Shown piece after piece: positions 22,231 to 33,288 of a stretch of DNA of 64,000 nucleotides (within the stretch, counting starts at the first letter, position 1; each line of letters starts with the position of its first letter). A program made the position numbers and the translations under genes. Source of the DNA: Candidatus Parcubacteria bacterium (GTDB taxonomy: Bacteria; Patescibacteriota; Patescibacteriia; UBA1558; GWA2-36-10); assembly GCA_018669975.1 (NCBI GenBank), contig JABHSK010000005.1, positions 57,123 through 121,122 of the forward strand, given 5' to 3'. Below the pieces are notes generated by a model that had not been told where the DNA came from, did not search any database, and saw only the letters and a program-made list of their open reading frames with translations.

Positions 22231-23895
22231 ATGCGAATTAATAAAAAAATAACTGTTGTGTTTATTTTATTCTTAGCAGTTATTTTTTTGTTGCCAGACG
22301 TAGCGGCTGCACAGAGTGATATCTACGGTGTTAATCAATTGACTAATGCTAATTTAGGTACCAGAAGTCTCCAGGAGATGGTTGTGTCAGTAGTAAATAT
22401 AGTTCTAGGCTTCCTAGGTATATTAGCCACCTTAGTAATTCTCTATGGTGGTTTTATTTGGATGACCTCTGGCGGCAATTCAGATAAAATTGATAAAGCT
22501 AAACGGACTATTATTAACGGCGTGATTGGCTTGGCAATTATCTTATCATCTTTTGCTATTGCTAGATTCGTTCTCAAAGAGGGTTATGAGGGTATATTCG
22601 GCGGCGGCAGTGGAGGTGGTTCTGGCTATGTTGGTGGTGTTGGTTTGGGAGCTAGTGTTTTAGAGAGTCATTATCCGGCTCGTGGTGCTGTAGATATAGC
22701 AAGAAATACCAATATTTTTGTGACTTTCAAAGAGCCCATGAATGATTCTTTCATTACTAATGTAGGTTGTAATTATGTAGATGTGCCAGCTGGCTACACC
22801 TATTGCGTTGATGATAGCCTCTTTGAATATATAAAAATTTTTATCGATGAGATAAATCCAGTACTAATAGATGGTGATAGGATTATGGTTAAATATAATC
22901 CAGCTAACCCAAGGACATTTGAGTTTAATCCATATGGTACAGATGCTAATAATCATCTAGGGAATCCTAATGGTCACGTGCTTTATAAAGTGGTTTTAGA
23001 TAGCCTAGAAACACAGTCTGGAAACCCAGCCTTTAGTTTTGGATTTTATGATTGGAATTTTACAGTTAGCAATGAATTAGATTTGGTTCCACCAGAGGTG
23101 GTTTCAGTCATACCCGATGGTTCAAATAATCCTTATCCTAGGAATAGTGCAGTACAGATAAATTTTTCTGAGGCAGTCAATCCTATTTATGCTACTGGTG
23201 AACATCCAGGCTTAGGACCGCCATTTGTCAATATTACTATGTCTACCACCACCATTATAAATGGTGAATACACTATTGCTAATCAGTATCGGACAGTAGA
23301 ATTTATAACAGATGAACTTTGTGGGCAGAATTCATGTGGTGGCGATGTTTATTGTTTGCCAGGTAATAATACTATTAATGGCCAGGTAACGGACGTTATT
23401 CAAGATATGGCTGGTAATCAATTAGACGGAGCCTTTGGTAATGGTAATGGTATCGGTGGTGAGGGAGTTGGCGATTATGCTATTTGGAATTTTGACACTA
23501 ATAATACTATTGATTTGACGCCACCTAGGATTACTTATATGGATTCAGACAATTCCAATGCAGGTGGCATGTCATTGTCAGCGCCGATTGAAGTCGGATT
23601 TGATAAGACTTTATTGTTTAACTCAGTTAATGGTAATAGTTTAGGTTTATATAAAAATATATTTGGGGATATCAATTTCTGGTTTACAGCCACAACCACA
23701 AACTTGGTTAATGATACTATTTTGATAAACCATGATTTCTTTGAACCTTTAACCAGTTATGCAGTTACTTCAACCTCAGGTATAAAAGATGGTCTACAGA
23801 ATTGTTGGTATCCATGTAATTGTACTGACAATTTAGGTTCTTGTGATTGTGATACAGGTGGAGCTTGCGCAGGTAATTCTTGCCAAACAAACTAA
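22231..23895 (+). CDS. surface protein: signal peptide + two-helix (TrbC/VirB2-like topology) membrane module + Gly-rich linker + beta-rich extracellular domain; paralog of the N-terminus of the giant protein
   Basis: N-terminal about 115 aa aligns closely with the N-terminus of ORF 23921 (AQSDI.GVN..T...LGTR......V.S..NIVLG.LGI.A...I.YGGF.WMTS.GN.D......K..I...VIGL.IILS..AI.RFVL). Confidence 0.6.
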   Translation: MRINKKITVVFILFLAVIFLLPDVAAAQSDIYGVNQLTNANLGTRSLQEMVVSVVNIVLGFLGILATLVILYGGFIWMTSGGNSDKIDKAKRTIINGVIGLAIILSSFAIARFVLKEGYEGIFGGGSGGGSGYVGGVGLGASVLESHYPARGAVDIARNTNIFVTFKEPMNDSFITNVGCNYVDVPAGYTYCVDDSLFEYIKIFIDEINPVLIDGDRIMVKYNPANPRTFEFNPYGTDANNHLGNPNGHVLYKVVLDSLETQSGNPAFSFGFYDWNFTVSNELDLVPPEVVSVIPDGSNNPYPRNSAVQINFSEAVNPIYATGEHPGLGPPFVNITMSTTTIINGEYTIANQYRTVEFITDELCGQNSCGGDVYCLPGNNTINGQVTDVIQDMAGNQLDGAFGNGNGIGGEGVGDYAIWNFDTNNTIDLTPPRITYMDSDNSNAGGMSLSAPIEVGFDKTLLFNSVNGNSLGLYKNIFGDINFWFTATTTNLVNDTILINHDFFEPLTSYAVTSTSGIKDGLQNCWYPCNCTDNLGSCDCDTGGACAGNSCQTN

Positions 23896-23920
23896 CATAT
23901 AAAAAATAAAATATATAAAA

Positions 23921-26900
23921 ATGAAAAAAGTTTTATCCATACCAATAGTTACTTTGATACTTGGCTATTTGCAAGTAAATAAAGTTTTGGCTCAGTCGGA
24001 CATTTTAGGTGTCAACGGTATGACCGATACAGTTTTGGGTACGAGAGGGATAGAGGATACAGTGGCCTCAATTATAAATATTGTTCTCGGTCTATTGGGA
24101 ATCATTGCTGTAGTTTTGATAATCTATGGCGGGTTTTTATGGATGACTTCTAAAGGAAATACCGATCAAGTTCAACGCGCTAAAATGGTTATTATTAGTG
24201 CGGTTATTGGTTTGGTGATAATCTTGTCTGCCTATGCTATCACTAGGTTTGTTCTTGGTGCTCTGGAGAATGCTGTAGGTCCTGGTGGAGGAACTCCACA
24301 ACAACAAAACCAAAATCCAGGAGGTGCCCTTTGTCCGCCGCCGTTAAATCCAGGTGCAGTAGAGGTTTGCGATCCATTTCCTTCTGCAGCTACTGTGGGT
24401 AGTGCTTTTACAGTGGGTGCTTGGAATATTGGTCCTTGGGATACCTTAGCTACAAGCTTTGTACAATTTAATGACTTGGCAGGTAATACAGCTGTAGCAG
24501 AAATAGCTAGTTGTGGTGCCAATGGATATTATTGGAATTTACTCTATACAGATATTAACACTGGAGATGATTATTATGAGATTAGAGCTCTAGTGCCAGC
24601 TCTACCAGTATCTTTACCAAATTATGATGTTGAGGTACATAATATTAATTTGGCAAATCCTTTTTACACGCCAGCAATGCAATTTGCTATATTAAGTGGG
24701 TCACCTGCACCAAGTATTTTCTGTATTCAACCTTCACATGCTGCGACTAGTACAGCAGTGTCTATCATTGGTCGTGGTCTAGGAGTAGGTGGGCAGGCTT
24801 TGGATGAGATATTTGTAAATGCTTACCCTGGCGGTGTGCACCAACCACAATTTCCAGTTCCCGGCCCGGTTCCTGGTCCAACTATTACAAATTGGGCGGA
24901 TGATCAAATTGATTTTATAATACCAGACCAACAGATCAGTGGTAATGTTACAGTTCAAGTAGATGATGGTGCGGGTAACTCAGATACCAGTAACCCAGTT
25001 TACTTTATAGTTGATTGCACCAATGATGGTGAGTGTGCTTCTGGTTGTTGTCCTGGTTCACCGGGACCAGGTGTTTATGCCTGTTCTGAGGAAGTGGTTT
25101 GTACGGGTATTAGCTCAGCACCACACATTACGGCTATTAATCCAGATAATGGTACTGATGGAAATATAGTTACAGTATTTGGTTATAATTTTTGTGATGA
25201 CGTTGCCTGTGCTCCAGGTACAGTTTGGTTTACAGATGGCGCAAATAACCCTGTGGCCGGTATCTTACCAAGTACTCTCAATGCGCAGTGTGGAGATTTT
25301 TGGACAGACACGGCTATTATAATTGGTGTACCACCAACAGTTGATACTGGACAAGTGACCATGGAAACTGCTGCTGCAGTAGCCAGTGATAACGCTATTA
25401 CTTTTACTGAAAATAACATAGAATATCCTGGTATTTGTGCACTACAAGATGGTGCAGGTAATCCTATTACTACTGGATTTTTTGATGATGGCATACCAGT
25501 ACATGTGCACGGCATTAGATTTAATAATAACGATAGAATTACTTTTGGCGGATTTTTAGGCTATAATCCTTCCTATCTAGGTTTACCAACAGAAGTGCAG
25601 GCTGATGTGCCAAATTCAGTAGGTATAGCTGATGTAGTAGTGACATCTTCCACTGAAGCAACAATTGTAAGTAATCCTTTTCCATTTTCTGCTTTAGCTG
25701 TAACAGGTGGCTTGCCTACCATTTCAGAAATATCACCAACTAGTACTCGTATAGGAAAATATACTACTATCATGGGTGCTAATTTTGGTACCACACCTGG
25801 TGATGTTGAATTTTGGCAATTAGGAGTACATATAGATGATGGGGAGTTTACTTTCCCAGCGCAGTGTGGCAGCCATTATTGGCAGCATGACAGTATAGTA
25901 GTTAAGCCACCAACAGATTTGATACTTAATGGTGGTAACTACGGAGATTTTGATGTGGTAGTTAGAAGAAGTGGCGACAACGCTACTAGCTTACCGCATC
26001 CTGTAGAAATATTAGCAGGACCTCCTGGGCCAGGCATTTGCTTGATGCAACCAGACAATGGTCCAGCTGGTAAGACTATTAATTTTTATGGTGATAATTT
26101 TAATACCGCAGCTGGTGCTGTAGTATTTCATAATAATGAATTTGCTGATTTAACAAATGCAATTTGGGGTAATCAGCAAGTATTGACTGTGCCTGTACCC
26201 AACAATGCAGCCACTGGTCCAGTATTTATCAGAGACTCAGCGGGCATGGATAGTAATGATTTGATGTTTAGTGTTGGTGCCTGTAGTTCTGATACGCAGT
26301 GTCAAAATAATTTGCAGGGTAATATATGTTGTCCAGATACCAATGGAAATTTTTGTGATAATTATTTAGGCTGTAGCTCAATCAATGAATGTACTTATGG
26401 TTGGCGATTTACCACTGAATCATTATTGCAAGTAGTGGGCTGGGGTCCTGTTTGTGATGATTCATGTATCAACGGTACTGTCTGGGTAGATTTTAATACA
26501 GAAATAGTCGCTGCAGATCTTGATTTTAATAATTTTAGTATTTTAGAATGTACTGACTCAACTTGTCAGAATACTAACCCAGGTAATTTTGTAACTGCGG
26601 CTAGTACATTTACTCAGCCAGCACCAGCAGCTGCAGGTGATCCTTGGGTGGTAAGTTTTACACACAACGCTTTTAATCCAAATACCTACTATCTAGTAGA
26701 GGTAAATCCAAATATTCAAAATACAGACGGTGCCATTTTAGGTAATCCGCATTCCTGGAGTTTTGCCACTGGTGCTAATAACTGTGACGTTGATCATATA
26801 AATGTAGCACCGGCTAGTAGGCCTGCTTATATAGGTGATGTTATACCATTTGGTGCACAAGCTTATTCTCCTCCAAGTAGCTGTTATCCGGCTGGTCAGC

Positions 26901-29900
26901 CAATTGCTTGTGACGCAGCTATCAGCTGTAGTTGGAGTGCTTGGACCAACGATGGCGCCTATACTACTCAGATTCCAACAGGAATACCGGAATCAATGGA
27001 TATATCAGCAGATGCTGTTACACTAGTTGGTGGTACCCAGATAGGAGCTGAGGCAGTACAAGGTGCTAATACATTTAATGACTTTGGTGTTTTGGATATT
27101 ACTGTTGGTCCAAATAGTTTATTGGGGCTTAATCGACAGGCATATGGTCCAACCTGTAGTGATTCATGTTTAAATGGTGACGTTTGGATAGAGTTTGATA
27201 GCGAAGTGACCGTCAATGAAGACGCTGCACACTTTAGTATTTTAGAATGTACAGATTCAACTTGTCAGAATACAGTGGGTCCTAATCAAACTAATAGTAC
27301 AACTCAGCCAGTACCAGCAGCCGTAGGTGATCCTTGGCGCGTAGAATTAAATCATAATAATTTTTCACCAAATACTTATTATCTAGTGACCATAGATGGC
27401 AATATTGCCAATAATATTGGTCCTCTTGTAGGTGGTACCTTTACTTGGAGTTTTGGAGCAGGTGATGCTGCCTGTGATGTGGGCAATCTACTGGTGTCTC
27501 CAGCTATTGCTAATGTTAATATTGGGGATACTGTTCATTATTCTGCTCAACCTTATTCTGCGCCAGGTATTTGTTATCCAAGTGGTCAAGCAATTTCTTG
27601 TGACGCAGCCATTGGCTGTAGTTGGAACGCTTGGACAAATGATGGTGCATATACTACTCAGATTCCAATTGCAGTAGACAATATAGATATTTTAGCTAAT
27701 AATCCAACGCCAGCTGTAGGAACTCCAGTAGGTGTAGGAGTGACTCAAGGTGCTACTACTTTCTCTGGTGTAGGTACTTTGAATATAGGTACCGGAGGAG
27801 CGTCAGTGTTCTCCTCCACTGGACATGGTCCAACTTGTAGTGATTCCTGTATTAATGGTTTGGTGCATGCTGACTTTAACGAAGAGCCAGACTTCCTTCC
27901 TTCCACAAGAATTTATCAGTGTGACGATGCTACCTGTACAGCTACTTCTGGACCAAGTTTATTAGTTGGAACAAATACATATCAACTAATGGTTGGTGGT
28001 GACTGGCGAGTTCGACTTTTTCATACTCCTTTTACACCAGGTGTATCTTATCAAGCTTATGTAGATGGTGGCACTTATCATACCTATGCATCAGGTGATG
28101 CTTATCTAGGCAATGCTTTGATGTGGAGTTTTGGCACAGGCGTAAACAGCTGTGATGTTGATCGTGCAGACATTTATCCTCCAGGTCCAGATCCAATTTT
28201 AAGCACTGTAAATTTAGGAGATAATATTAGTTATTCTGTGGAGACCTATTCCGTGCCAGGTATTTGTTATCCAGGTGGTCAACCAATCGTCTGTGATGCA
28301 TCTATTGGTTGTATCTTATTTTGGAATGCAAACAGTCAACCGGGTGGTTTAGTGAATATAACCACTGCGCAAGATACTGATTCAGTTACTTACAATGCAA
28401 CTACCGTCGGTAATAATGATACGGTAAGGATGAGAGCCGTGCAGAATGCAACACAGTTTCTAGATGCCACTGATGTTGATGTTGTTACTGGCGTGCTTCC
28501 AGGTAGTCCAAATATAGTTGACCATGAGCCAGTAGCACTGCCAGTTTGTATTAATGCTGCGCCAACAGTTGTTTTTGATCAGTTGATGGATTCAGCTAGT
28601 ATTAATAGTAATGTTAAAGTATATAGAACTGGAACTCCGGGACCTAATTGTATTAGTCCTGGTAATCCTACTCTTTGTGAGGTTCCAGGTTCATTTACTC
28701 TTGTAGCAGATTCAGCCATACCAGAGACACGGGCCATATTCAATCCCGATACATATTTGGCTACTTCTACAAATCATTATTTATATGTAGGTCCAAACAC
28801 GCAGAGTTTAGATGGTCAGAGTCTTGGTTGGACTACTGACCTTGCGTTTTCTATGCTGGAAGTAACTGGTGATGGAGTTGTGGATGGACTTGCTTGGATG
28901 TTTCCTACTAATCAAACTGTTTGTCAACTTAGTCATGCGATAATCACGCCAACTTATGATTTCTTTCATTGTTCTTTAGATGATTGTGATGAAAATGATG
29001 TTGCACCGGGTGGTAATAATGAGCATAGATATACTGCTGTAGCCTATGGTGTGGATGGTTCACCGCTAAACGTTTCTAATTATTGGTGGACTAACAGTGA
29101 TCCTTCCATATTTACTATAGACTCTCAGACAACTCAACAGATTATGGGTTGGCCAGGATTTGATAATGGGCATGTTACTTTGTCTGTATCAGCCTGGGAC
29201 AATGACCCAGCTATTACAGGTACCGTTGGAGCAGCAGCAGGTATTGAAATTTTCCTTTGTGAAAATCCATGGCCTAGTGCAAACACCGTGCCTTGGGAGC
29301 CAGGCCCACCACCAAATCCTTATCATTATTCAACCCTATATTGTTTAGATGATGGTGATGGTGGATTCCTACCTTACTTAGATGCAGCTGTATCAGCTAC
29401 TAATCCAAATCCAAATGGTGTTTTAAATGCCGGTGAAAGAATATTTATTATCAACCCATCTAGTTCCATGGGAAGTTTGAATTTAGCTCAATATCAGTTT
29501 GGTAGTTTAGCTTATGGAAGAGAGTTGGATATTGATAATAATTTAAGTGAAAATAAATCGTGGTTTGAGAAAATTAGAACTGCTCTTTGGGGAGATGTTA
29601 AAAAAGCAGAGGGACAGGCCAATGCCTTACCAATGTGTGCGCCAGGTAACCCGACAAATCTACAGGTCAGTAGTGTAGATGACACTCAGGTTACCTTGAC
29701 TTGGGGTAACGCTTCAAGTGGTGTTGGACCCAATGGTGCAGTCACAAACTATAATATGTACCGTAGAGAAATTCCAAATGGTAATTATCCAGGCCCTTTA
29801 CAGGGCACTATAAATGTGCCAGGGCAGAGAATATTTACAGATAATACTGTAGTGACAGATACTATTTATGAATATACCGTGACTGCTGAGGCATCAGCTT

Positions 29901-32900
29901 GTCCTGCAGAAACTTTTCCTGTAGTCAGTACGACTGTTACAGCATCTATTTCACAGCCGCATGTAGATATCATAGGTCTTAGGGTGATGGGCAACGATGA
30001 GCACTTGTCTATTACTGATTGGTATAAACAACATGCACCAAATCCAGAAGTACTTGGTGAGATAAAAGAAATAGATGGCTATGAGGCCATGCAAGTTGGT
30101 AATACCACTTATATAGGTGCTTTGAACATGTCAGGACTTATTTATACAAATGTTTATATAATATCCCACAATATAGGTGCTAGTGGAGACACTCGTGATA
30201 TCTATAAGCAATTTATAGAAAACATGAAGTTCAACACTAACATGCCTAGATTGGAAAATGTCTGTAATGCAGATACATCAATTATTTGTTCTAGTGATTT
30301 TGATTGTCCGGTGGGAGATTATTGTACATCTAGAGATTTAAAAATAAAACGTGATTTACAACGCCTAGGTGACTTGATGAATGTTAAAAACATGGTAGAG
30401 GAATATGGTCAATCACATAAGGCTTGTAGTCATAATAGTGCTATTGCTTGTGTAGATGACTCACCTTGTATTTTAGGAGGAGGCACCTGTGTCTCATATT
30501 ATCCATTGCTTAATGCAGGAACCTTTGTGAATGGTATGAGTAATAGTAATTGGCCATCATGGAATACTACTTTACGTACTATTTTGGGAGAGGAATTACC
30601 AGAAGATCCAATTGGTTTATTTAACGGGTGTCCACCAGGTGCTGACCCTGACACATGTTGGGATGAATTAGTTTCACCACCAGAGTTTACTTGTCCAGCT
30701 GAATCATTGATATATTTTTATAATAATGATGTTAATGTTTCGCAAGGTATAGACTATTTCTTGGGAGCCAATTTTGAGTATGATTCTAGTCCAGCTTTAC
30801 ATTTTGATCCTTCGGGGTTTAATCCGTTGACTTTTGGTTGTGATTTATATAATGGACCAGCTAGTATAACTGGTATTTGGCCAGACCCGGCTTGTCCGGT
30901 ACCACAGGATGGTATGCCACATATTTATTCTAGTTTAGATAGCCTGTGTAGTGTGGCTAGTGTTTATTCTCCAGGTGCAGTCACTATCCCTTCTTGTGGA
31001 AATGGCACCTGGGAACCAGATGGTGTTGATGGTGTGCCAAATACACCTGACGATGAAATATGTGAACCTGGTATGCAGAGAAATTTGTGTATAGAAACAG
31101 TAGTTCCGCTAGGAACGGATTGGTGGGATGCAGGAAACCACATAGGTGGTTGTAATCCTGTCGGCACAGAAGATGCCGGTGGTAATCTAATTGAGTGTAC
31201 TTGGTATGAGCCAGATCCTGCTCTAACGGCAGTAGATTGTGGAGGCTATTGTGGTAATAATACTATAGATCCAGTTGAGTCCTGTGATGGTGCAGCTGGT
31301 TTTGATGGACTTTATACTTGCTACGATCCAGATACCATGACTACTAGTACCCCTGTTTGTAATATTAATGTTTGCCAAGCTTTTTGCCCAACCGGAAACT
31401 TAGCATCCCTCTGTGGAGATGGTGCTTGGGATGCTAGCTATGAACAATGTGATGCCAGTGCTGATCCAAGCGGATTGGTAGGCTGGGATTGTGGTGTGGT
31501 GGCTACTTCAACGGTAGCTTGTAATAATTGTGCTATAGAATGTACTATCGGCGGAACTTTATATAATGGTGTATGTGGTAATGATATTATTGAGTGGCCA
31601 GAAGAATGTGAGCCAGGAATACATATTCCTCCAACAGCAGCGACTTCATCGCCGACTTATCAATATTTATGTGATCCTACTTATTGTGTTTATGATGGTG
31701 GTTATTGCGCAGATGGCATTAATCCTGGACCGTATGATTCAGGCGGCAATACTAATGAAGTGGCCATATTGATAGATGGTAGTGCTTTCTACCAACCAGA
31801 AGAATGTGATGATTTAGAATGGGATATACCACAGAGGCATAATTCAGATCAAGATTATGAATATTTATGTAATTCTTGCGTAATTGAAGGTGGCTATTGT
31901 GGTGACGGCAATCGAGATTCTGCAGCTGGTATTTCTCCTAGTCCACCAGAAGAATGTGATGATGGTAATAATTCTGAGGCAGATGTCTGTACTAATGCCT
32001 GTGAGTGGGGCTGTGAAGATGTGGCAATTGGGCCTTTTCCAAGAGCGCCAATTTTGGCTGGCTACATTTCCTCAAAGAATACCGACGATGGTTTATTGTT
32101 TAACACTACTGATGCCACAGTAGAGCTACACGCTGGAGACTCGGCTACGCTACCTCTAGGTAGTTGTCGTATCAGTGGCGATGTAGTAGTTGATGTGACT
32201 GTGCATGGTAATGATTCATATGCAGGTATAGTATTTGTTGTGGACAGGTCAAGTAGTATGAGTGGTGATATAGCTGCTGCTAAAAATGCGATCGGTTCTG
32301 CTATTGTGACAATATTTGACCGTAATCCAACTGCTCAAATTGCTATCGTTGAGTACGGAGATGACGCTTGGACAAGAATTAATTTTACAGGTTTTGAGCA
32401 GGAGAATTTATTAATTGGTAGTTTTAGGAAAACTGGTGCTATAGGAGGAGCAGTTAACCAAATTAATGCCGATAGGCCTAGTACAGACCACTCTATTGGT
32501 TTAGATAGGGCTTATGGTTTATTTAATGCTACTAGCTTTGAGAATAACATAGTTATTTTTATGACAGATGGGAGTCCAACTGGTGGTGTAACTGGGAACT
32601 GTGTTAATGGTGCTAATGTTGGTGATGCCTACGGTCGGACCTTATGTATAGCTGAAAATGATCTTAAATTTTGTAACAATCCCGCAGTAGACACGTGCGT
32701 AGATATGTTTACAGTAGCCTTTACTTCTAATGTCGGTTTGCAAGGTTTTTTAAACGCCGTTTCTTCTTCAGATTGTGTTTATTCTAATTATGGAAGATCA
32801 ACTACAGGGGGTACTTGCGGTAGTAATGGTATTGAATGTCTAAATACTTTAAATCAACGGGAAGAATGTGATGGTGGTCCAGACTGTATATCATCTGCCT

Positions 32901-33265
32901 TGCCCAACGCTTGTCAATGGTCAGGAGATAGGGTTAATGACAATAGGGCGTATTCTGGTAGTAGTCAAGCGGAGTTGGCTCAGATGTATCAGGATATATC
33001 AGGATCCATCCCTATTAATAATGTTTTACTTGCCTTGGATAATTCGGGTGCTACTACCACATTAAATGATATTGGAGTTACTTTTGATAATTCTTACCGT
33101 ATTCATACCAATGGAATTGCAACTTGCAGTGACGGCTCCACTGTTGATAATGAGCTAAATATTAGTGCTAATTTTACAGGTAATATAAATGCTTATCTAG
33201 AATTGAGCAATCCAGTTTATGAATTCTGCCATTGGTATAACTGTCCCTGGTGTTTTAATAACTAA
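23921..33265 (+). CDS. giant (3114 aa) multidomain cell-surface protein: TrbC/VirB2-like N-terminal membrane module; IPT/TIG-like domains; 3 tandem repeats of about 230 aa; FN3; Cys-rich CGDG...ECDDGN repeats (Myxococcus-type, DUF4215-like); vWA domain with MIDAS DRSSS
   Basis: Single uninterrupted 9345-nt ORF; motifs PHITAINPDNGTDGNIVTVFGYNF (IPT), PTNLQVSSVDDTQVTLTW (FN3), CGDGNRDSAAG...EECDDGNNSEADVCTNAC, FVVDRSSSMSGDIAAAKNAIG (vWA). Confidence 0.75.
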   Translation: MKKVLSIPIVTLILGYLQVNKVLAQSDILGVNGMTDTVLGTRGIEDTVASIINIVLGLLGIIAVVLIIYGGFLWMTSKGNTDQVQRAKMVIISAVIGLVIILSAYAITRFVLGALENAVGPGGGTPQQQNQNPGGALCPPPLNPGAVEVCDPFPSAATVGSAFTVGAWNIGPWDTLATSFVQFNDLAGNTAVAEIASCGANGYYWNLLYTDINTGDDYYEIRALVPALPVSLPNYDVEVHNINLANPFYTPAMQFAILSGSPAPSIFCIQPSHAATSTAVSIIGRGLGVGGQALDEIFVNAYPGGVHQPQFPVPGPVPGPTITNWADDQIDFIIPDQQISGNVTVQVDDGAGNSDTSNPVYFIVDCTNDGECASGCCPGSPGPGVYACSEEVVCTGISSAPHITAINPDNGTDGNIVTVFGYNFCDDVACAPGTVWFTDGANNPVAGILPSTLNAQCGDFWTDTAIIIGVPPTVDTGQVTMETAAAVASDNAITFTENNIEYPGICALQDGAGNPITTGFFDDGIPVHVHGIRFNNNDRITFGGFLGYNPSYLGLPTEVQADVPNSVGIADVVVTSSTEATIVSNPFPFSALAVTGGLPTISEISPTSTRIGKYTTIMGANFGTTPGDVEFWQLGVHIDDGEFTFPAQCGSHYWQHDSIVVKPPTDLILNGGNYGDFDVVVRRSGDNATSLPHPVEILAGPPGPGICLMQPDNGPAGKTINFYGDNFNTAAGAVVFHNNEFADLTNAIWGNQQVLTVPVPNNAATGPVFIRDSAGMDSNDLMFSVGACSSDTQCQNNLQGNICCPDTNGNFCDNYLGCSSINECTYGWRFTTESLLQVVGWGPVCDDSCINGTVWVDFNTEIVAADLDFNNFSILECTDSTCQNTNPGNFVTAASTFTQPAPAAAGDPWVVSFTHNAFNPNTYYLVEVNPNIQNTDGAILGNPHSWSFATGANNCDVDHINVAPASRPAYIGDVIPFGAQAYSPPSSCYPAGQPIACDAAISCSWSAWTNDGAYTTQIPTGIPESMDISADAVTLVGGTQIGAEAVQGANTFNDFGVLDITVGPNSLLGLNRQAYGPTCSDSCLNGDVWIEFDSEVTVNEDAAHFSILECTDSTCQNTVGPNQTNSTTQPVPAAVGDPWRVELNHNNFSPNTYYLVTIDGNIANNIGPLVGGTFTWSFGAGDAACDVGNLLVSPAIANVNIGDTVHYSAQPYSAPGICYPSGQAISCDAAIGCSWNAWTNDGAYTTQIPIAVDNIDILANNPTPAVGTPVGVGVTQGATTFSGVGTLNIGTGGASVFSSTGHGPTCSDSCINGLVHADFNEEPDFLPSTRIYQCDDATCTATSGPSLLVGTNTYQLMVGGDWRVRLFHTPFTPGVSYQAYVDGGTYHTYASGDAYLGNALMWSFGTGVNSCDVDRADIYPPGPDPILSTVNLGDNISYSVETYSVPGICYPGGQPIVCDASIGCILFWNANSQPGGLVNITTAQDTDSVTYNATTVGNNDTVRMRAVQNATQFLDATDVDVVTGVLPGSPNIVDHEPVALPVCINAAPTVVFDQLMDSASINSNVKVYRTGTPGPNCISPGNPTLCEVPGSFTLVADSAIPETRAIFNPDTYLATSTNHYLYVGPNTQSLDGQSLGWTTDLAFSMLEVTGDGVVDGLAWMFPTNQTVCQLSHAIITPTYDFFHCSLDDCDENDVAPGGNNEHRYTAVAYGVDGSPLNVSNYWWTNSDPSIFTIDSQTTQQIMGWPGFDNGHVTLSVSAWDNDPAITGTVGAAAGIEIFLCENPWPSANTVPWEPGPPPNPYHYSTLYCLDDGDGGFLPYLDAAVSATNPNPNGVLNAGERIFIINPSSSMGSLNLAQYQFGSLAYGRELDIDNNLSENKSWFEKIRTALWGDVKKAEGQANALPMCAPGNPTNLQVSSVDDTQVTLTWGNASSGVGPNGAVTNYNMYRREIPNGNYPGPLQGTINVPGQRIFTDNTVVTDTIYEYTVTAEASACPAETFPVVSTTVTASISQPHVDIIGLRVMGNDEHLSITDWYKQHAPNPEVLGEIKEIDGYEAMQVGNTTYIGALNMSGLIYTNVYIISHNIGASGDTRDIYKQFIENMKFNTNMPRLENVCNADTSIICSSDFDCPVGDYCTSRDLKIKRDLQRLGDLMNVKNMVEEYGQSHKACSHNSAIACVDDSPCILGGGTCVSYYPLLNAGTFVNGMSNSNWPSWNTTLRTILGEELPEDPIGLFNGCPPGADPDTCWDELVSPPEFTCPAESLIYFYNNDVNVSQGIDYFLGANFEYDSSPALHFDPSGFNPLTFGCDLYNGPASITGIWPDPACPVPQDGMPHIYSSLDSLCSVASVYSPGAVTIPSCGNGTWEPDGVDGVPNTPDDEICEPGMQRNLCIETVVPLGTDWWDAGNHIGGCNPVGTEDAGGNLIECTWYEPDPALTAVDCGGYCGNNTIDPVESCDGAAGFDGLYTCYDPDTMTTSTPVCNINVCQAFCPTGNLASLCGDGAWDASYEQCDASADPSGLVGWDCGVVATSTVACNNCAIECTIGGTLYNGVCGNDIIEWPEECEPGIHIPPTAATSSPTYQYLCDPTYCVYDGGYCADGINPGPYDSGGNTNEVAILIDGSAFYQPEECDDLEWDIPQRHNSDQDYEYLCNSCVIEGGYCGDGNRDSAAGISPSPPEECDDGNNSEADVCTNACEWGCEDVAIGPFPRAPILAGYISSKNTDDGLLFNTTDATVELHAGDSATLPLGSCRISGDVVVDVTVHGNDSYAGIVFVVDRSSSMSGDIAAAKNAIGSAIVTIFDRNPTAQIAIVEYGDDAWTRINFTGFEQENLLIGSFRKTGAIGGAVNQINADRPSTDHSIGLDRAYGLFNATSFENNIVIFMTDGSPTGGVTGNCVNGANVGDAYGRTLCIAENDLKFCNNPAVDTCVDMFTVAFTSNVGLQGFLNAVSSSDCVYSNYGRSTTGGTCGSNGIECLNTLNQREECDGGPDCISSALPNACQWSGDRVNDNRAYSGSSQAELAQMYQDISGSIPINNVLLALDNSGATTTLNDIGVTFDNSYRIHTNGIATCSDGSTVDNELNISANFTGNINAYLELSNPVYEFCHWYNCPWCFNN
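26440..28520 (+). repeat. three tandem in-frame repeats of about 690-700 bp (about 230 aa) inside the giant gene
   Basis: Recurring GPTCSDSC(I/L)NG..W.(D/E)F...ILECTDSTCQNT...GDPW...YYLV...CDV...YS.P..CYP.GQ.I.CDAAI.CSW.AWTNDGAYTTQIP, with stretches of near-identical DNA. Confidence 0.7.
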
Positions 33266-33288
33266 AACTTATAAATATATAATTTAGT

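Noticed and set aside
24232-32123. Numerous 60-110-aa ORFs on both strands inside the giant gene
   Set aside because: All embedded in or antisense to a continuous 9.3-kb ORF with clear domain content.
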